A stretch of DNA of 64,000 nucleotides from Bacteroidota bacterium (GTDB lineage Bacteria > Bacteroidota > Bacteroidia > Palsa-965), in assembly GCA_006218065.1 (NCBI GenBank), contig VBWE01000001.1:191063-255062 (forward strand), read 5' to 3'. Position 1 is the stretch's first letter, and each line of letters begins with the position of its first letter. Both the position numbers and the translations under genes were made by a program. This document shows, in pieces, positions 7,794 through 18,404 of the stretch. Under the pieces are notes generated by a model that worked only from the letters and a program-made list of their open reading frames with translations, did not search any database and was not told the origin of the DNA.

Positions 7794-10427
7794 TTACTTT
7801 ATAGCTTCCAGTTCCTTTTTCTTATCGGCGATCATCTTCTCCATCTCTTTCGCTTTCGCCATTTTGTCTTTTAATGCCTGGATGCCGGTAGCTTCTTTGT
7901 TCACGGAAGCAAGTTCATCGATGCGGCGCTGGTATTCTTTCTGTTTTTCAACGTAGCCTTTGCGGACGGTTTCCATGCTGTTGCCAGTGAAGCTGCGGAA
8001 GAACGGTGATTTATATTTCGTGTACATTTTTTCGTACACCGCGAGTCCTTTCGTAACCGTTTCGTCGCTGCAGCGCGTGAGGTACTGCCCGTAAAAACCG
8101 ATATAGCCGATCAGTGTGTACCCGGTGATATCATCGCAGCAGCGCACCATGAAATCGAAATTGGCGTCGCTGCCGGCTTTGCCGTAGAGTTCACAAAGTG
8201 AGACTTTGACCGATTCACTTTCTTCGTTTTCATACTGTGCGGCCACCTTCATGCCTTCTTCGGTGCTCACGGCCGTAATGGCGCCGATGGCCGTACCGAG
8301 TACATAATAAGAACGATCGTTCAAAGCGTTTTTGTAAACCCCGAGCAGATCGGCATCGCCCACTTTATCGGCGAGTGCGGCAAGCGCTTCTGCGCGCACA
8401 TCCGACTTTTCATCCTGCTTTGCCATGGCGATGAGCTTCTCTTTATACGGCTTCACGTCCTTACCCAGTTTGCGGATAGCGATCATGCGCAGGTACCAGA
8501 ATTTGTCGTCGAGCGCTTTCCCGAGCACAACCAAAGCGAGGGAATCTTTCTGTGCTTTTTCCGTTTTTTCGCGCGGGGCCAAACCGTAAATCGCTTCGTA
8601 ACGATCCACGTAAAGCGGTGCGTTGCTATACTGGAAAGCCCATTCTTTTTTCGTTTTGTGATCTTCTTTTTCGCAGAGTATGCGTTTCGCCGCATCCACA
8701 TTCACCAGGTCGGGTTTTGACGAAACGTCGAACGTAAAAGTTTGTTCCCGTTCGTTCATCACGATCCGGTGACGTGTTTTTGTTCCGTTCGCATACACAT
8801 CCACATCCATCGGCAAACGGTAAACGGCAGGCACACCGCCCTTGGAACTTTGTGTCTGGCGAAGCGTCAGTTTTTCCTGTTTTTTCGTTTCGTCGTAGCT
8901 GTACGAAATATCCAGCACGGGATGGCCCGGCGATAAAAACCACTGGTTGAAATACCAGCTGAGGTCTTCCCCGGTTACCTGTTCAAAAGCCATGCGCAGG
9001 TTGTGAATTTCCACCGATTTGTACCGGTTCGATTCCAGGTACAGTTTCAGCGATGCGAAAAACGCTTCGTCGCCCACGTACCAGCGCAGCATACGCAGCA
9101 CCTGCCCGCCTTTGTTGTAGGAATGACTGTCGAACATGTCTTCCTTGTCCTCATAAAAGTAGCGGATCAGCGCTTCTTTTTTCCCCTGCCCGGCTTCGCG
9201 GAAATACCCGTCGCGCGAGTGCTGGCTGTGGTATTCTTCGGCTTCGCTGCCGTGCGCGAATTCTTCCCAGAGGTCTTCCCCGTACGTAGCGAACGATTCG
9301 TTCAGCGGCAGGTTGCTCCACGATTCGCAGGTAACCAGGTCGCCGAACCACTGGTGGAAAAGCTCGTGCGAAATATAATCTTCGTAATTCCCGTCGAGCA
9401 TTTCGCGCTCGGTTTGCTGCAGCTTTTCGCCATGCAGTGTGGCCGTGGTATTTTCCATCGCACCCGAAACGTAATCGCGGGCGCAAATCTGCGCGTACTT
9501 GCCCCAGGGATAATCCACGCCGAGTTTTTTGGAAAAGTATTCCATCATTTCCGGGGTGCGCCCGAAAATGGCGCGGGCATACTGTTCGTATTTTTTCTCG
9601 ACATAGTAACTCACTTCTTTGTCGCGCCACTTGTCTTTGACTACGGCGAAATCGCCCACGGCCATCATCACCAGGTAAGGCGCGTGCGGCAGGTTCATCA
9701 CCCAGCGATCGGTGCGGGTTCCGTCGGTGTTTTTCACCGATTCCGTCATCACGCCATTGGAAAGCGTAACGTATTTATCCTCCACCGTCATGTAAATTTC
9801 CTGTGTCATCCGTTCGTTCGGGCGATCCACGGTGGGGAACCAGGCGGAACTGGCCTGCGTTTCACCCTGCGTCCAGATCTGCATCGGCTTGTTCGGTTCT
9901 TTCCCGTCGGGATTGATGAAGTACAATCCTTTGTCGGAATTGATCGCTGCGCTGCCGCCGGCTTTCAGCTCATCGGGCTTCGCGACGTAATCGATAAAAA
10001 TGGTGTACGACTGGTCGCGTGTGTACTCGCGGCCGAGCTGGATCGAAATCACATCGGCGGCATACTTGTACTCCAGCGCTTTTTTCCCGGAAGCATCTAT
10101 CATGGATACTTCTTTGATCTCCATGCCGCGTGCATCGAGGTCGAGCGTTTTCACCGGGTAGAAATACGGCCGTGCGCTGATCGTCGCTTTTCCGTAGAGG
10201 TAACGCTTCTGCCAGTCGAAAGAAACTTCCAGCTTCGTATGCAGCAAATCGTTCACACGCGTTTCGGCATACTGGTGCACCCGCGGGGCACGCGGCGTAA
10301 TGTCGAGCGTGTCCACGTTGACCTGGACTAAAGTATCATGATTATGGCGGCGGGCTCTTTTTGCCGGGTCACATCCGGCGGTAAAAAAAATACCGGCAGC
10401 AGCCAGCAGGGAAAAAATGCTTCTCAC
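7794..10427 (-). CDS. M1-family zinc aminopeptidase with a C-terminal HEAT/ARM-like repeat region, probable lipoprotein
   Basis: GAMEN (VSGAMENT) and HELFHQWFGDLVT...E zinc motifs. A candidate GTG start at 10427 gives a lipoprotein signal MRSIFSLLAAAGIFFTAGC. The ORF track extends to 10502. Confidence 0.8.
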   Translation of the reverse strand: MRSIFSLLAAAGIFFTAGCDPAKRARRHNHDTLVQVNVDTLDITPRAPRVHQYAETRVNDLLHTKLEVSFDWQKRYLYGKATISARPYFYPVKTLDLDARGMEIKEVSMIDASGKKALEYKYAADVISIQLGREYTRDQSYTIFIDYVAKPDELKAGGSAAINSDKGLYFINPDGKEPNKPMQIWTQGETQASSAWFPTVDRPNERMTQEIYMTVEDKYVTLSNGVMTESVKNTDGTRTDRWVMNLPHAPYLVMMAVGDFAVVKDKWRDKEVSYYVEKKYEQYARAIFGRTPEMMEYFSKKLGVDYPWGKYAQICARDYVSGAMENTTATLHGEKLQQTEREMLDGNYEDYISHELFHQWFGDLVTCESWSNLPLNESFATYGEDLWEEFAHGSEAEEYHSQHSRDGYFREAGQGKKEALIRYFYEDKEDMFDSHSYNKGGQVLRMLRWYVGDEAFFASLKLYLESNRYKSVEIHNLRMAFEQVTGEDLSWYFNQWFLSPGHPVLDISYSYDETKKQEKLTLRQTQSSKGGVPAVYRLPMDVDVYANGTKTRHRIVMNEREQTFTFDVSSKPDLVNVDAAKRILCEKEDHKTKKEWAFQYSNAPLYVDRYEAIYGLAPREKTEKAQKDSLALVVLGKALDDKFWYLRMIAIRKLGKDVKPYKEKLIAMAKQDEKSDVRAEALAALADKVGDADLLGVYKNALNDRSYYVLGTAIGAITAVSTEEGMKVAAQYENEESESVKVSLCELYGKAGSDANFDFMVRCCDDITGYTLIGYIGFYGQYLTRCSDETVTKGLAVYEKMYTKYKSPFFRSFTGNSMETVRKGYVEKQKEYQRRIDELASVNKEATGIQALKDKMAKAKEMEKMIADKKKELEAIK

Positions 10428-10729
10428 GGAATCGTAGCTTGTTTGTTTGGTCAAGAGATGGTCTGTAGCTTCAAAAGTCCGCCTTTTCAGGCGAATATTC
10501 AAAACTGGCCTAAAGTTCCGGTTTTACCGGCAAATACGGTCTTTTTTTTTACCGGCGGCCCTTGGTGCTTGCGAGCGGAACGATGGAACTGACTTCAGAG
10601 GCATATATGCACGAATCCCGGGAACATATCTTTTCATTTGCGGCCATAAAGACGTACGGGCGGTAAGTACACATTGACCAATAAACGGTATTTTTGCTGA
10701 CGCGGATGTTTGAATCCGCAGGCAGAGCA

Positions 10730-11251
10730 ATGGAAAAACCAGCTTACAGCATTACTGTTAACGGAACAGGTAAGCATAAGATCGAAGTGGATAAACCGGG
10801 CGCTTTTGCGGGCCTGCTCAACGGTGTCGCTTTTGCGTGTGACGTGATCGAACAGAAGCCGGGCAGTTTTCATGTGCTGCGCAACAACCGCTCCTACCTG
10901 GTCGAAGTGCTGGAAACCGAAGCGGGCGGAAAATCCGTGCTGCTGAAAGTGAACGGGCGCAAGTACCGGGTCGATCTCAGCGACAAATACGACGACCTGC
11001 TTCGTTCGCTGGGCATGGATAACCTGGGCGGACATAAAGTAAATGAACTCAAAGCGCCCATGCCGGGATTAGTGCTGGATGTACTCGTAAAAGAAGGATC
11101 TGTAGTGAACAAAGGCGACGCGCTCGTCGTGCTCGAAGCTATGAAAATGGAAAATATCCTCAAATCGCCTACTGACGGTTCTGTAAAACGGGTTAGTGTA
11201 AAAAAAGGCACCGCCGTAGAGAAGAACCAGTTGCTGATGGAGTTCGCGTAA
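10730..11251 (+). CDS. Biotin carboxyl carrier-type biotin/lipoyl attachment protein
   Basis: EAMKMEN biotinyl-lysine motif near the C-terminus. ATG at 10730 (MEKPAYSI); alternative upstream starts at 10694 and 10706. Confidence 0.75.
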   Translation: MEKPAYSITVNGTGKHKIEVDKPGAFAGLLNGVAFACDVIEQKPGSFHVLRNNRSYLVEVLETEAGGKSVLLKVNGRKYRVDLSDKYDDLLRSLGMDNLGGHKVNELKAPMPGLVLDVLVKEGSVVNKGDALVVLEAMKMENILKSPTDGSVKRVSVKKGTAVEKNQLLMEFA

Positions 11252-11290
11252 ATAGTTCCCTCTGTTCAAACGCATAAAAAAATACCGTTC

Positions 11291-12055
11291 ATGGATAACG
11301 AAAATAATTCCCGCCGCGATTTCCTGAAAAAAACAGCCCTGCTCACCGCAGGCGGAATCGGTCTTTCCCTGCTGGGCAGCAACATGGCCGAAGCTGCCGG
11401 CGGAATTGAAAAAGAATCGAAAGCGCTGGCCGGCGACAGCCCGTTCACACTGCCCGCATTGCCCTACAGTTTCGATGCGCTGGAACCGGCGATCGACCGG
11501 CAGACGATGGAGATCCATCACGGCAAACATCACCAGGCATACGTTACCAACCTGAACAAGGCGGTTGCGGATATTAAAGACGCGCCCGGCGACATCGAAG
11601 CGCTGCTGAAGAAATACGCGAAACTTTCCCCGGCAGTTCGCAACAATGGCGGCGGACATTACAACCACAGCCTGTTCTGGAAGATGATGCGTCCTTCGTA
11701 TGCCGCAACGGCAGCAAACGCACCTTCGGGTTCGCTTTCCGACGCGATCGTTTCGGCATTCGGTTCGTTCGATGCATTCAAAGAAAAATTCACGGCTGCG
11801 GGCAAAGACCGTTTCGGGTCGGGCTGGGTATGGTTAGTTTCACAGAACGGGAAACTGGCTATCGGATCGACGCCCAACCAGGACAACCCGCTGATGGAAA
11901 TGAGCGAGATCAAAGGATCGCCGGTACTGGCCCTCGACGTGTGGGAACATGCCTATTACCTGAAATACCAGAACAAACGCCCCGATTATATGAACGCCTG
12001 GTGGAGCGTGGTGAACTGGGAAGAAGCCGCGAGGTTGTACAGCGGGGGGAAATAG
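11291..12055 (+). CDS. sodA: Fe/Mn-family superoxide dismutase with a twin-arginine (Tat) signal peptide
   Basis: [16 protein letters not shown] Tat motif. SOD motifs [10 protein letters not shown] and DVWEHAYYL. Confidence 0.9.
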   Translation: MDNENNSRRDFLKKTALLTAGGIGLSLLGSNMAEAAGGIEKESKALAGDSPFTLPALPYSFDALEPAIDRQTMEIHHGKHHQAYVTNLNKAVADIKDAPGDIEALLKKYAKLSPAVRNNGGGHYNHSLFWKMMRPSYAATAANAPSGSLSDAIVSAFGSFDAFKEKFTAAGKDRFGSGWVWLVSQNGKLAIGSTPNQDNPLMEMSEIKGSPVLALDVWEHAYYLKYQNKRPDYMNAWWSVVNWEEAARLYSGGK

Positions 12056-12110
12056 CTCGTTCTTTCCGAAGAAAAAACCGTACATTTGCACTGATCTAAA
12101 GTCAAAAAAC

Positions 12111-12314
12111 ATGACACTTGCAGTGATTCTTGGTCCGTTTGGACTCGGTATGGGAGAGATGATCGTCATCCTCGTCATCGTTCTGCTTCTTTTCGGAGGC
12201 CGTAAAATTCCCGAATTGATGAAAGGTCTCGGCAGAGGCGTGAAAGAGTTCAAAGACGCTTCCAAAGGCAATGACAGCAATAACGCCAATGCCGGCAGCG
12301 AGAAGAAAGACTAA
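12111..12314 (+). CDS. tatA: Twin-arginine translocase TatA/E subunit
   Basis: 67 aa, one TM helix followed by an amphipathic helix, [14 protein letters not shown] TatA signature. Confidence 0.85.
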   Translation: MTLAVILGPFGLGMGEMIVILVIVLLLFGGRKIPELMKGLGRGVKEFKDASKGNDSNNANAGSEKKD

Positions 12315-12383
12315 TCTTAAAAAGCCAGTATTTTCAACCGTTTCGGCCAGCCCGGGACGGTTTCGTTTTTCAATATCCATCAC

Positions 12384-13808
12384 TTGAAAATCTATCTTTC
12401 ACTTGCCGATATTCAGCGCGACCTCGGTTCGGGGGAACTGTCCTGCGAAGCGCTGGTGAAATCCTACCTCGAACGGATCGCCGCAAACGAACACCTGAAC
12501 GCGTTCCGCGAAGTTTTTTCGGAAAGCGCCCTGGCCAAAGCTTCCGAAGTGGACCAGAAACGCAGCGCCGGCAAAGCCGGGAAACTGGCCGGCATGGTCA
12601 TCGCGCTGAAAGACAATATCTGTTACAAAGGCCATAAAGTGGCCGTTTCTTCCAAAATCCTCGAAGGTTTCATTTCCGTTTTCAGTTCCACGGTAGTCGA
12701 AAGACTGCTCGCGGAAGACGCGATCATCATCGGCCGCACCAACTGCGATGAATTCGCCATGGGCAGCTCGAACGAAAATTCCGCTTTCGGTAATGTGGCC
12801 AACCCGCACGATATTAAACGCGTGCCCGGCGGATCTTCGGGCGGATCGACTGCTGCCGTGGCCGCAAACCTTTGCCTGGCTGCGCTTGGAACGGATACCG
12901 GCGGATCGATACGGCAGCCTGCTTCCTTTTGCGGGGTGGCCGGACTGAAACCCACCTACGGCCGCGTTTCGCGCTGGGGCATCATCGCGTATGCTTCTTC
13001 GTTCGACCAGGTTGGACCGATTACGCATACTATCGAAGACATGGCGGCGATCCTGGAAGTGATCAGCGGCATGGACGAATACGATGCGACGCTTTCTTCC
13101 AAACCGGTTCCGGCATACAGCAAACAGCTGGAAGTGACCGGGAAAAAACGCATCGCGTATCTCGAAGACTGTCTCAATAAAGACGGTCTCGACCCGGAAA
13201 TCAAACAGCATGTGCTCGGCTTTGTAGAAAAACTGCGTGCCGAAGGACATACCGTGGAGCCGGTGAGTTTCCCATATCTCGATTACCTCGTTCCGACCTA
13301 TTACGTACTCACTACCGCCGAAGCGTCTTCGAATCTTTCGCGATACGACGGTGTGCATTATGGTTACCGCAGCAAAAACGCATACGATCTCGAATCGACA
13401 TACAAGAAATCGCGCAGCGAAGGTTTCGGGCCGGAGGTGCAGCGCCGTATCATGCTCGGCACATTCGTACTGAGCGCAGGATATTACGATGCCTACTATT
13501 CGAAAGGACAGAAAGTGCGCCGGCTGCTCCGCGATAAAACGCAGGCTATCCTGGATAATTACGATTTCATCCTGCTGCCCACAACGCCCGGAACAGCGTT
13601 CGAATTCGGCGCCAATTCGGCCGATCCGATCAAAATGTACCTCGAAGATATTTTCACCGTACAGGCCAACCTGACCGGGATGCCGGCCATTTCGATTCCT
13701 ACGGGAAAGCACTCGAACGGATTGCCTTTCGGTATCCAGCTGATGGGCCGCCGTTTCGAAGAAGGAGAATTGCTGGCCATGAGCAAACATTTGCTCGCTG
13801 CGCGATGA
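12384..13808 (+). CDS. gatA: Glutamyl-tRNA(Gln)/aspartyl-tRNA(Asn) amidotransferase subunit A
   Basis: Amidase signature GGSSGGSTAAVAA, about 474 aa. Confidence 0.9.
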   Translation: MKIYLSLADIQRDLGSGELSCEALVKSYLERIAANEHLNAFREVFSESALAKASEVDQKRSAGKAGKLAGMVIALKDNICYKGHKVAVSSKILEGFISVFSSTVVERLLAEDAIIIGRTNCDEFAMGSSNENSAFGNVANPHDIKRVPGGSSGGSTAAVAANLCLAALGTDTGGSIRQPASFCGVAGLKPTYGRVSRWGIIAYASSFDQVGPITHTIEDMAAILEVISGMDEYDATLSSKPVPAYSKQLEVTGKKRIAYLEDCLNKDGLDPEIKQHVLGFVEKLRAEGHTVEPVSFPYLDYLVPTYYVLTTAEASSNLSRYDGVHYGYRSKNAYDLESTYKKSRSEGFGPEVQRRIMLGTFVLSAGYYDAYYSKGQKVRRLLRDKTQAILDNYDFILLPTTPGTAFEFGANSADPIKMYLEDIFTVQANLTGMPAISIPTGKHSNGLPFGIQLMGRRFEEGELLAMSKHLLAAR

Positions 13809-13871
13809 TCCTTTGATTTTTCCAGGCGATCGGCCGAATAGAGTAAAACACATTTTTTGTTCATCCGCCGC

Positions 13872-14171
13872 ATGATCACATCCGCCAAATTTCATCTCCG
13901 CGTTTCAGGCATCACCGAAGGCATTTCCTACCTGCTTTTGCTCGGTATCGCCATGCCGCTGAAATATTACTACGACACCCCCGGCCCGGTGCGATATATC
14001 GGCATGGCGCACGGCGTTCTTTTCATCTGGTTCGTGCTTTCCGTCTTCTGGGCGAAATCCGCGCTGAATATGAACATAAAGAATATGTTGGCCGCCCTGG
14101 TTGCCTCGTTGGTGCCTTTCGGGACGTTTTATGCCGACCGCAAGATCTTCCGTTCGCTGCATAAAAGCTGA
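13872..14171 (+). CDS. DUF3817-family small integral membrane protein
   Basis: About 99 aa, 3 TM helices. ATG at 13872. Confidence 0.5.
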   Translation: MITSAKFHLRVSGITEGISYLLLLGIAMPLKYYYDTPGPVRYIGMAHGVLFIWFVLSVFWAKSALNMNIKNMLAALVASLVPFGTFYADRKIFRSLHKS

Positions 14172-14326
14172 TTTCCAACTGTTTATTAAAAATTGCCCGT
14201 GTATAAGTCCGGGCTGTTCATCCCTTAAAAACTTGCAAAATTCACGATCATTGCGATATTTGTGATCCTTTCATACAACTTGACAGGCCCAAATAACGTA
14301 TTATATAAAAGCATCTCCCGGCGCCC

Positions 14327-15859
14327 ATGCGCTTGCTGAAAACACATATCATCCTCTTCCTGCTGCTGATCTGCGGCAGTAGTGTGCAGGCCCAGGCGCC
14401 CGACACGCTGTTTGCCGACGATCCGGTGGCAGCCATGCTCGACAGCCTCGCGCACAATAAATACATCAGTTCCCTTCCGAAAGTTCCCGTACAGCGCAAC
14501 AACAAGTTCAATTTTGCAGCCGATTCCGTTCCCCGTTACGATGATATCGTGATCGAGTCGCGGCTGGCGAAGATGAACAACCTGTCGCCTTTCGACATGG
14601 TTTACAATAAGGAAGTACGCGCCTATATCGACATGTACAGCCTGCGGAAACGCAAGTCGGTGGAACGTATGCTCGGCCTGGCCCAGTTGTACTACCCGAT
14701 CTTCGAAGAGAAACTGGACAAATACAACCTGCCGCTGGAACTCAAACATCTCGCGGTAATTGAAAGCGCTTTGAATCCTGTGGCGACTTCACGTTCGGGA
14801 GCGCGCGGCCTCTGGCAATTCATGTACCCTACGGGAAAAATGTACGGGCTTGAAGTTTCCTCCTATGTGGATGAACGCTGCGACCCATACCAGGCCACGG
14901 AAGCTGCTTGCCAGTACCTGCAGTTCCTGTACTCGCTTTTCGGTGACTGGCAGATGGTGCTGGCCGCATACAACAGCGGTCCGGGCACGGTAAACAAGGC
15001 TATCCGCCGCGCGGGCGGAGGTAAAAAAACATACTGGGAAATCCGCCCTTTCCTGCCCAAGGAAACACAGGGCTATGTTCCCGCCTTTATTGGTGCGGCA
15101 TATACGATGACCTACGCCGCCGAACATAATCTTTACGCCGCCATGCCCCGCAAAACGTATTACGATGTGGACACGGTGACCGTAAAGCAGCAGGTGAATT
15201 TCGCGCAGATCGAAGCCGTACTGGGCGTTCCGCGCGAAGAGCTCGCATTCCTGAACCCGATGTACAAACTCGGCGTGATTCCTTATTCTCCTGCGGGAAC
15301 AATGACGCTGATTCTTCCGGCGAACAAAAGCGGGAATTTTGTCACGAACGAAAAAGCGATTTACGATTACCTGCAGAAAGACACGACTTCGTCGGCATAC
15401 CTCGCTTCACAGCAGGTGATGAAAATACATACCGTGAAAAAAGGCGAGAACATCAATACCATCGCGAAGCGTTACAAATGCACCATCGCCGATGTGCGCA
15501 CCTGGAACAACCTGAAGAGCAATTACATCAAGCCGGGACAGAAACTCACCGTATATGGTCCCGCACGTGTTGAACAACCGGCAACGGCTGCGGTGGCTTC
15601 CAATACACCTGCAAACAACGGCGCTGCTTCAACAGGCGGAACTGCCACGGCAAATACAAAACCAAAAACCGGGACAACCAGCACCAACGCGGCCACCATC
15701 AAACCCGGCGGATATTACACCATCCAGCGCGGCGATACGCTGTGGAAAATTTCACAGGAAACCGGCCATACCGTCGACGCTATCAAAAAAGTGAACGGCT
15801 TCGGCAGCAAATTCAGCCTGATGCCCGGGCAGAAGATCAAGCTGCCGACCAAGGCGTAA
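14327..15859 (+). CDS. mltD: MltD-like lytic transglycosylase with C-terminal LysM domains
   Basis: SLT catalytic motif ESALNPVATSRSGARGLWQFM and AYNSGPG. Two LysM-like repeats (YTVKKGENINTIAKRY...; YTIQRGDTLWKISQETG). Signal peptide. Confidence 0.8.
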   Translation: MRLLKTHIILFLLLICGSSVQAQAPDTLFADDPVAAMLDSLAHNKYISSLPKVPVQRNNKFNFAADSVPRYDDIVIESRLAKMNNLSPFDMVYNKEVRAYIDMYSLRKRKSVERMLGLAQLYYPIFEEKLDKYNLPLELKHLAVIESALNPVATSRSGARGLWQFMYPTGKMYGLEVSSYVDERCDPYQATEAACQYLQFLYSLFGDWQMVLAAYNSGPGTVNKAIRRAGGGKKTYWEIRPFLPKETQGYVPAFIGAAYTMTYAAEHNLYAAMPRKTYYDVDTVTVKQQVNFAQIEAVLGVPREELAFLNPMYKLGVIPYSPAGTMTLILPANKSGNFVTNEKAIYDYLQKDTTSSAYLASQQVMKIHTVKKGENINTIAKRYKCTIADVRTWNNLKSNYIKPGQKLTVYGPARVEQPATAAVASNTPANNGAASTGGTATANTKPKTGTTSTNAATIKPGGYYTIQRGDTLWKISQETGHTVDAIKKVNGFGSKFSLMPGQKIKLPTKA

Positions 15860-15886
15860 ACGATCGCTTCGCAGAATCCGCTCTTC

Positions 15887-16483
15887 ATGCGCGCGCATTA
15901 CCTGAAAATTCTCGGACTCGGCGAAAACAGCAGTACGGATGATATCCGGAAAGCGTACCGCAGGCTCGCGAAAAAATTCCATCCCGATGTAAATAAAGAT
16001 CCCGGCGCACATGCGAAGTTCATCGCTATTGCCGAAGCGTACGATTACCTGGTGAATACGCCGGTACATCCGAAAACAAATTTTTCCGCGAAGTCTTCTG
16101 CTTATTCCTCCTCCGCTTCTTCCGCGCAATCGAAAAAAAACGAGCAGCAAACGGCACAGGAAAAAATGCGCAGGCAGTACCAAGCGCAGATGCACGAAGA
16201 AGAGGAACGCCGCCGGCAGCAGCAGAGATCGCGCATACGTGCGGAACAGTATGCGAAAATGTCGTTCCAGGAATACCGGCAATCCGAATATTTCCGCAAT
16301 ACCCTGCGCACGATACTGCACGCTTTTCTCTGGTGGAAATTTTATATCATATTCATTCCGTACTGTTTCCTCGTTTTTACTTTTTTCAATAATAAAAACT
16401 ACGGCCCGGCTATCGTCCTGCTGGCGATACCGGTTGCTTTCGTGGCCTGGGCATTGCTCAGCAGGCCGGGGAAGAATGACTGA
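15887..16483 (+). CDS. J-domain (DnaJ-like) protein with a C-terminal membrane anchor
   Basis: J-domain with an HPD motif (KKFHPDVNKD). C-terminal TM helices. Confidence 0.7.
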   Translation: MRAHYLKILGLGENSSTDDIRKAYRRLAKKFHPDVNKDPGAHAKFIAIAEAYDYLVNTPVHPKTNFSAKSSAYSSSASSAQSKKNEQQTAQEKMRRQYQAQMHEEEERRRQQQRSRIRAEQYAKMSFQEYRQSEYFRNTLRTILHAFLWWKFYIIFIPYCFLVFTFFNNKNYGPAIVLLAIPVAFVAWALLSRPGKND

Positions 16484-16486
16484 TTT

Positions 16487-17743
16487 TTATTTTTTCTCCT
16501 GCGGCTTCGCAGAATATTTTCGCACGATGCTTTTCGTATCCGCATGCGCCTCTTTCATCTTCACTTTGGAAGCCGCATCGATCCATGCCGGCAGCGAATC
16601 TTTCTCCGACCAGCTGGACGGAAGCACAACGTAGTTCTTATTCGTCGCGCTCGTTCCCCGGTACACCCAGGTGGGAACAAAACTCATTTTCGAAATCCAG
16701 GCGCTGTCTTTCTTCACGTTTTTCGTCAGCTCCACGTTCAGGATCAGGCCGGCGTCCGTGTACCGTTTACTTTGATTTGAAATAAAATTGCCCAGCGTCC
16801 AGGCCACGAGCCCGCTGTCCAGCTTCGCGCCGCCGGTTCCTTTGTAATACGTAACCGGTCCGACCACGTGCGGATGCGCCCCGATAATCATATCCGATCC
16901 GGCGGCAATCGCCGTGCGCATCATCGTATCCTGCTTGGGCCACATCGGGTCGGGGCGATACTCCGCACCCCAGTGATACAGCGTAACCACGAGCTGCGCA
17001 CCTTTTTCCCGCGCCTTTTTCACCTCGTTTTTCACCTGCGTGCTGTCGTAAACGTTCAGCATGTATTTATGATCGGCCGAAGGATAAGCCCCGTTTGTTC
17101 CGTACGTATAATTCAGGATCGCGATCTTCAGTCCTTTCACATCCAGGATGCGGATGGAATCGTGATCGGCCTGCGAAGTGAAAGTGCCCGTGTAGCCGAG
17201 ACTACTCTTCTTTATAATATCGATAGTGCGCAGCAGGCCGCTTTCACCCATATCCATGCTGTGGTTATTCGAGGTGACCAAAAAATCGAAGCCGGCGTTT
17301 TTCAGTGCGGGTACGTATTCATCCGGCGTATTGAAATTCGGGTAGCCGGCGAAACCGCGGTTCGCGCCCGAGCAGGTTGTTTCCAGGTTGCCGATGGTAA
17401 TATCCGCTTCCGAAAGAAAACCTTTCACTTCGGCCCAGGCGGGATTGAAATCGTAACTGCCGTCGGCCTGGCGGGCGGCGTTGAACTGCGGACTGTGGCA
17501 CATCAGGTCGCCGACGAAGGTCATCGTTACCGTGATCAGCGAATCCGCCGAAGTATCCGCAACCGGCGCAGCGAATGCCGTTTTCCGTGGACTTCCGAAA
17601 CCTGTAATGCTGTCGATCACCGTGAGCCAGAGCGCGAGCGCCGGAACAATCAGGAATATGCCGATTTTACGGGCGCTGCTTAACAAGACTGTTATTTCCG
17701 GCTTGCGGATAATGGCGGGCATGGACAGGTTTATACTTTTCAC
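16487..17743 (-). CDS. CapA-family protein (poly-gamma-glutamate biosynthesis / metallophosphatase-like)
   Basis: Signal or TM N-terminus. CapA-family metallophosphoesterase motifs (GNLETT, SNNHSMD). Confidence 0.7.
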   Translation of the reverse strand: MKSINLSMPAIIRKPEITVLLSSARKIGIFLIVPALALWLTVIDSITGFGSPRKTAFAAPVADTSADSLITVTMTFVGDLMCHSPQFNAARQADGSYDFNPAWAEVKGFLSEADITIGNLETTCSGANRGFAGYPNFNTPDEYVPALKNAGFDFLVTSNNHSMDMGESGLLRTIDIIKKSSLGYTGTFTSQADHDSIRILDVKGLKIAILNYTYGTNGAYPSADHKYMLNVYDSTQVKNEVKKAREKGAQLVVTLYHWGAEYRPDPMWPKQDTMMRTAIAAGSDMIIGAHPHVVGPVTYYKGTGGAKLDSGLVAWTLGNFISNQSKRYTDAGLILNVELTKNVKKDSAWISKMSFVPTWVYRGTSATNKNYVVLPSSWSEKDSLPAWIDAASKVKMKEAHADTKSIVRKYSAKPQEKK

Positions 17744-17782
17744 GGGAGGGCAAAGTTACACCGTTCGGGGAAATGGCGGTTT

Positions 17783-18304
17783 TTACCTGCTGCGCGGGTC
17801 TTTTTCCCGGCGGCGTTTCTGTGCGGCGGCTACCTGTTCGCCGGCCGGATTGTCAAGCGGTAACCGGAGTGAATCGGCGATGAGTTGCGCGGTTTTCTTC
17901 GCCGCATCATAATTCTGGTATTCGATTACTTCGAAACGGTTTCCACCGGCAGCGACAAGAAAAACAAAAAAGCGTGAAACGTCGCGACGACTTCTTGCAC
18001 TATATGCTCCCCGACCCACATATTTATCCACTTCTAATTCCAGTAATACCGATTGAACTTTTCCCAGGGATTGCCATTCTCCCACCCGCAGCACGTGCAA
18101 ATTCGTTTCCAGTCGGTAACGTTTGTTTTGCGGATCAATAATCATTTCTTCTTTCGATGCAGCCAATAATACGCCAGCTGCCATCAGTGGTATTCCAACG
18201 AGAAATGAAAAAGCAAAGCCGGCAATAAGTCCGACGAGAAATACGATCAGGCCGGGAATAATCAGCGGAATCTTCAGACCACGATCAATGCGGATATTTT
18301 TCAT
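17783..18304 (-). CDS. Small membrane protein, bacterial PH-domain (YdbS/bPH_2-like) architecture
   Basis: Two N-terminal TM helices followed by a ~100-aa soluble domain. The assignment rests on architecture only. Confidence 0.35.
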   Translation of the reverse strand: MKNIRIDRGLKIPLIIPGLIVFLVGLIAGFAFSFLVGIPLMAAGVLLAASKEEMIIDPQNKRYRLETNLHVLRVGEWQSLGKVQSVLLELEVDKYVGRGAYSARSRRDVSRFFVFLVAAGGNRFEVIEYQNYDAAKKTAQLIADSLRLPLDNPAGEQVAAAQKRRREKDPRSR

Positions 18305-18404
18305 GTAAGATAAATAACACGGCCAGGGTAGTTTTGTTCAACCGAGCCCAACAAAAAACCCTCCTGTTTCCAGGAAGGTTTTTCTATTCATTTATTGCGC
18401 TCCT

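Noticed and set aside
9003-10331. 442-aa plus-strand ORF
   Set aside because: It is antisense to the well-supported M1 aminopeptidase gene. It has R/H/F-rich composition and no motifs. This is a typical high-GC antisense artefact.
12399-13895. 498-aa minus-strand ORF
   Set aside because: It is antisense to gatA, which carries the amidase signature. This is a spurious shadow ORF.
17783-18304. Candidate JetD/MksG downstream of the SMC-like gene
   Set aside because: At 173 aa with two TM helices it is too small, and it lacks Toprim or DUF3322-type features. It fits a bacterial PH-domain membrane protein better.
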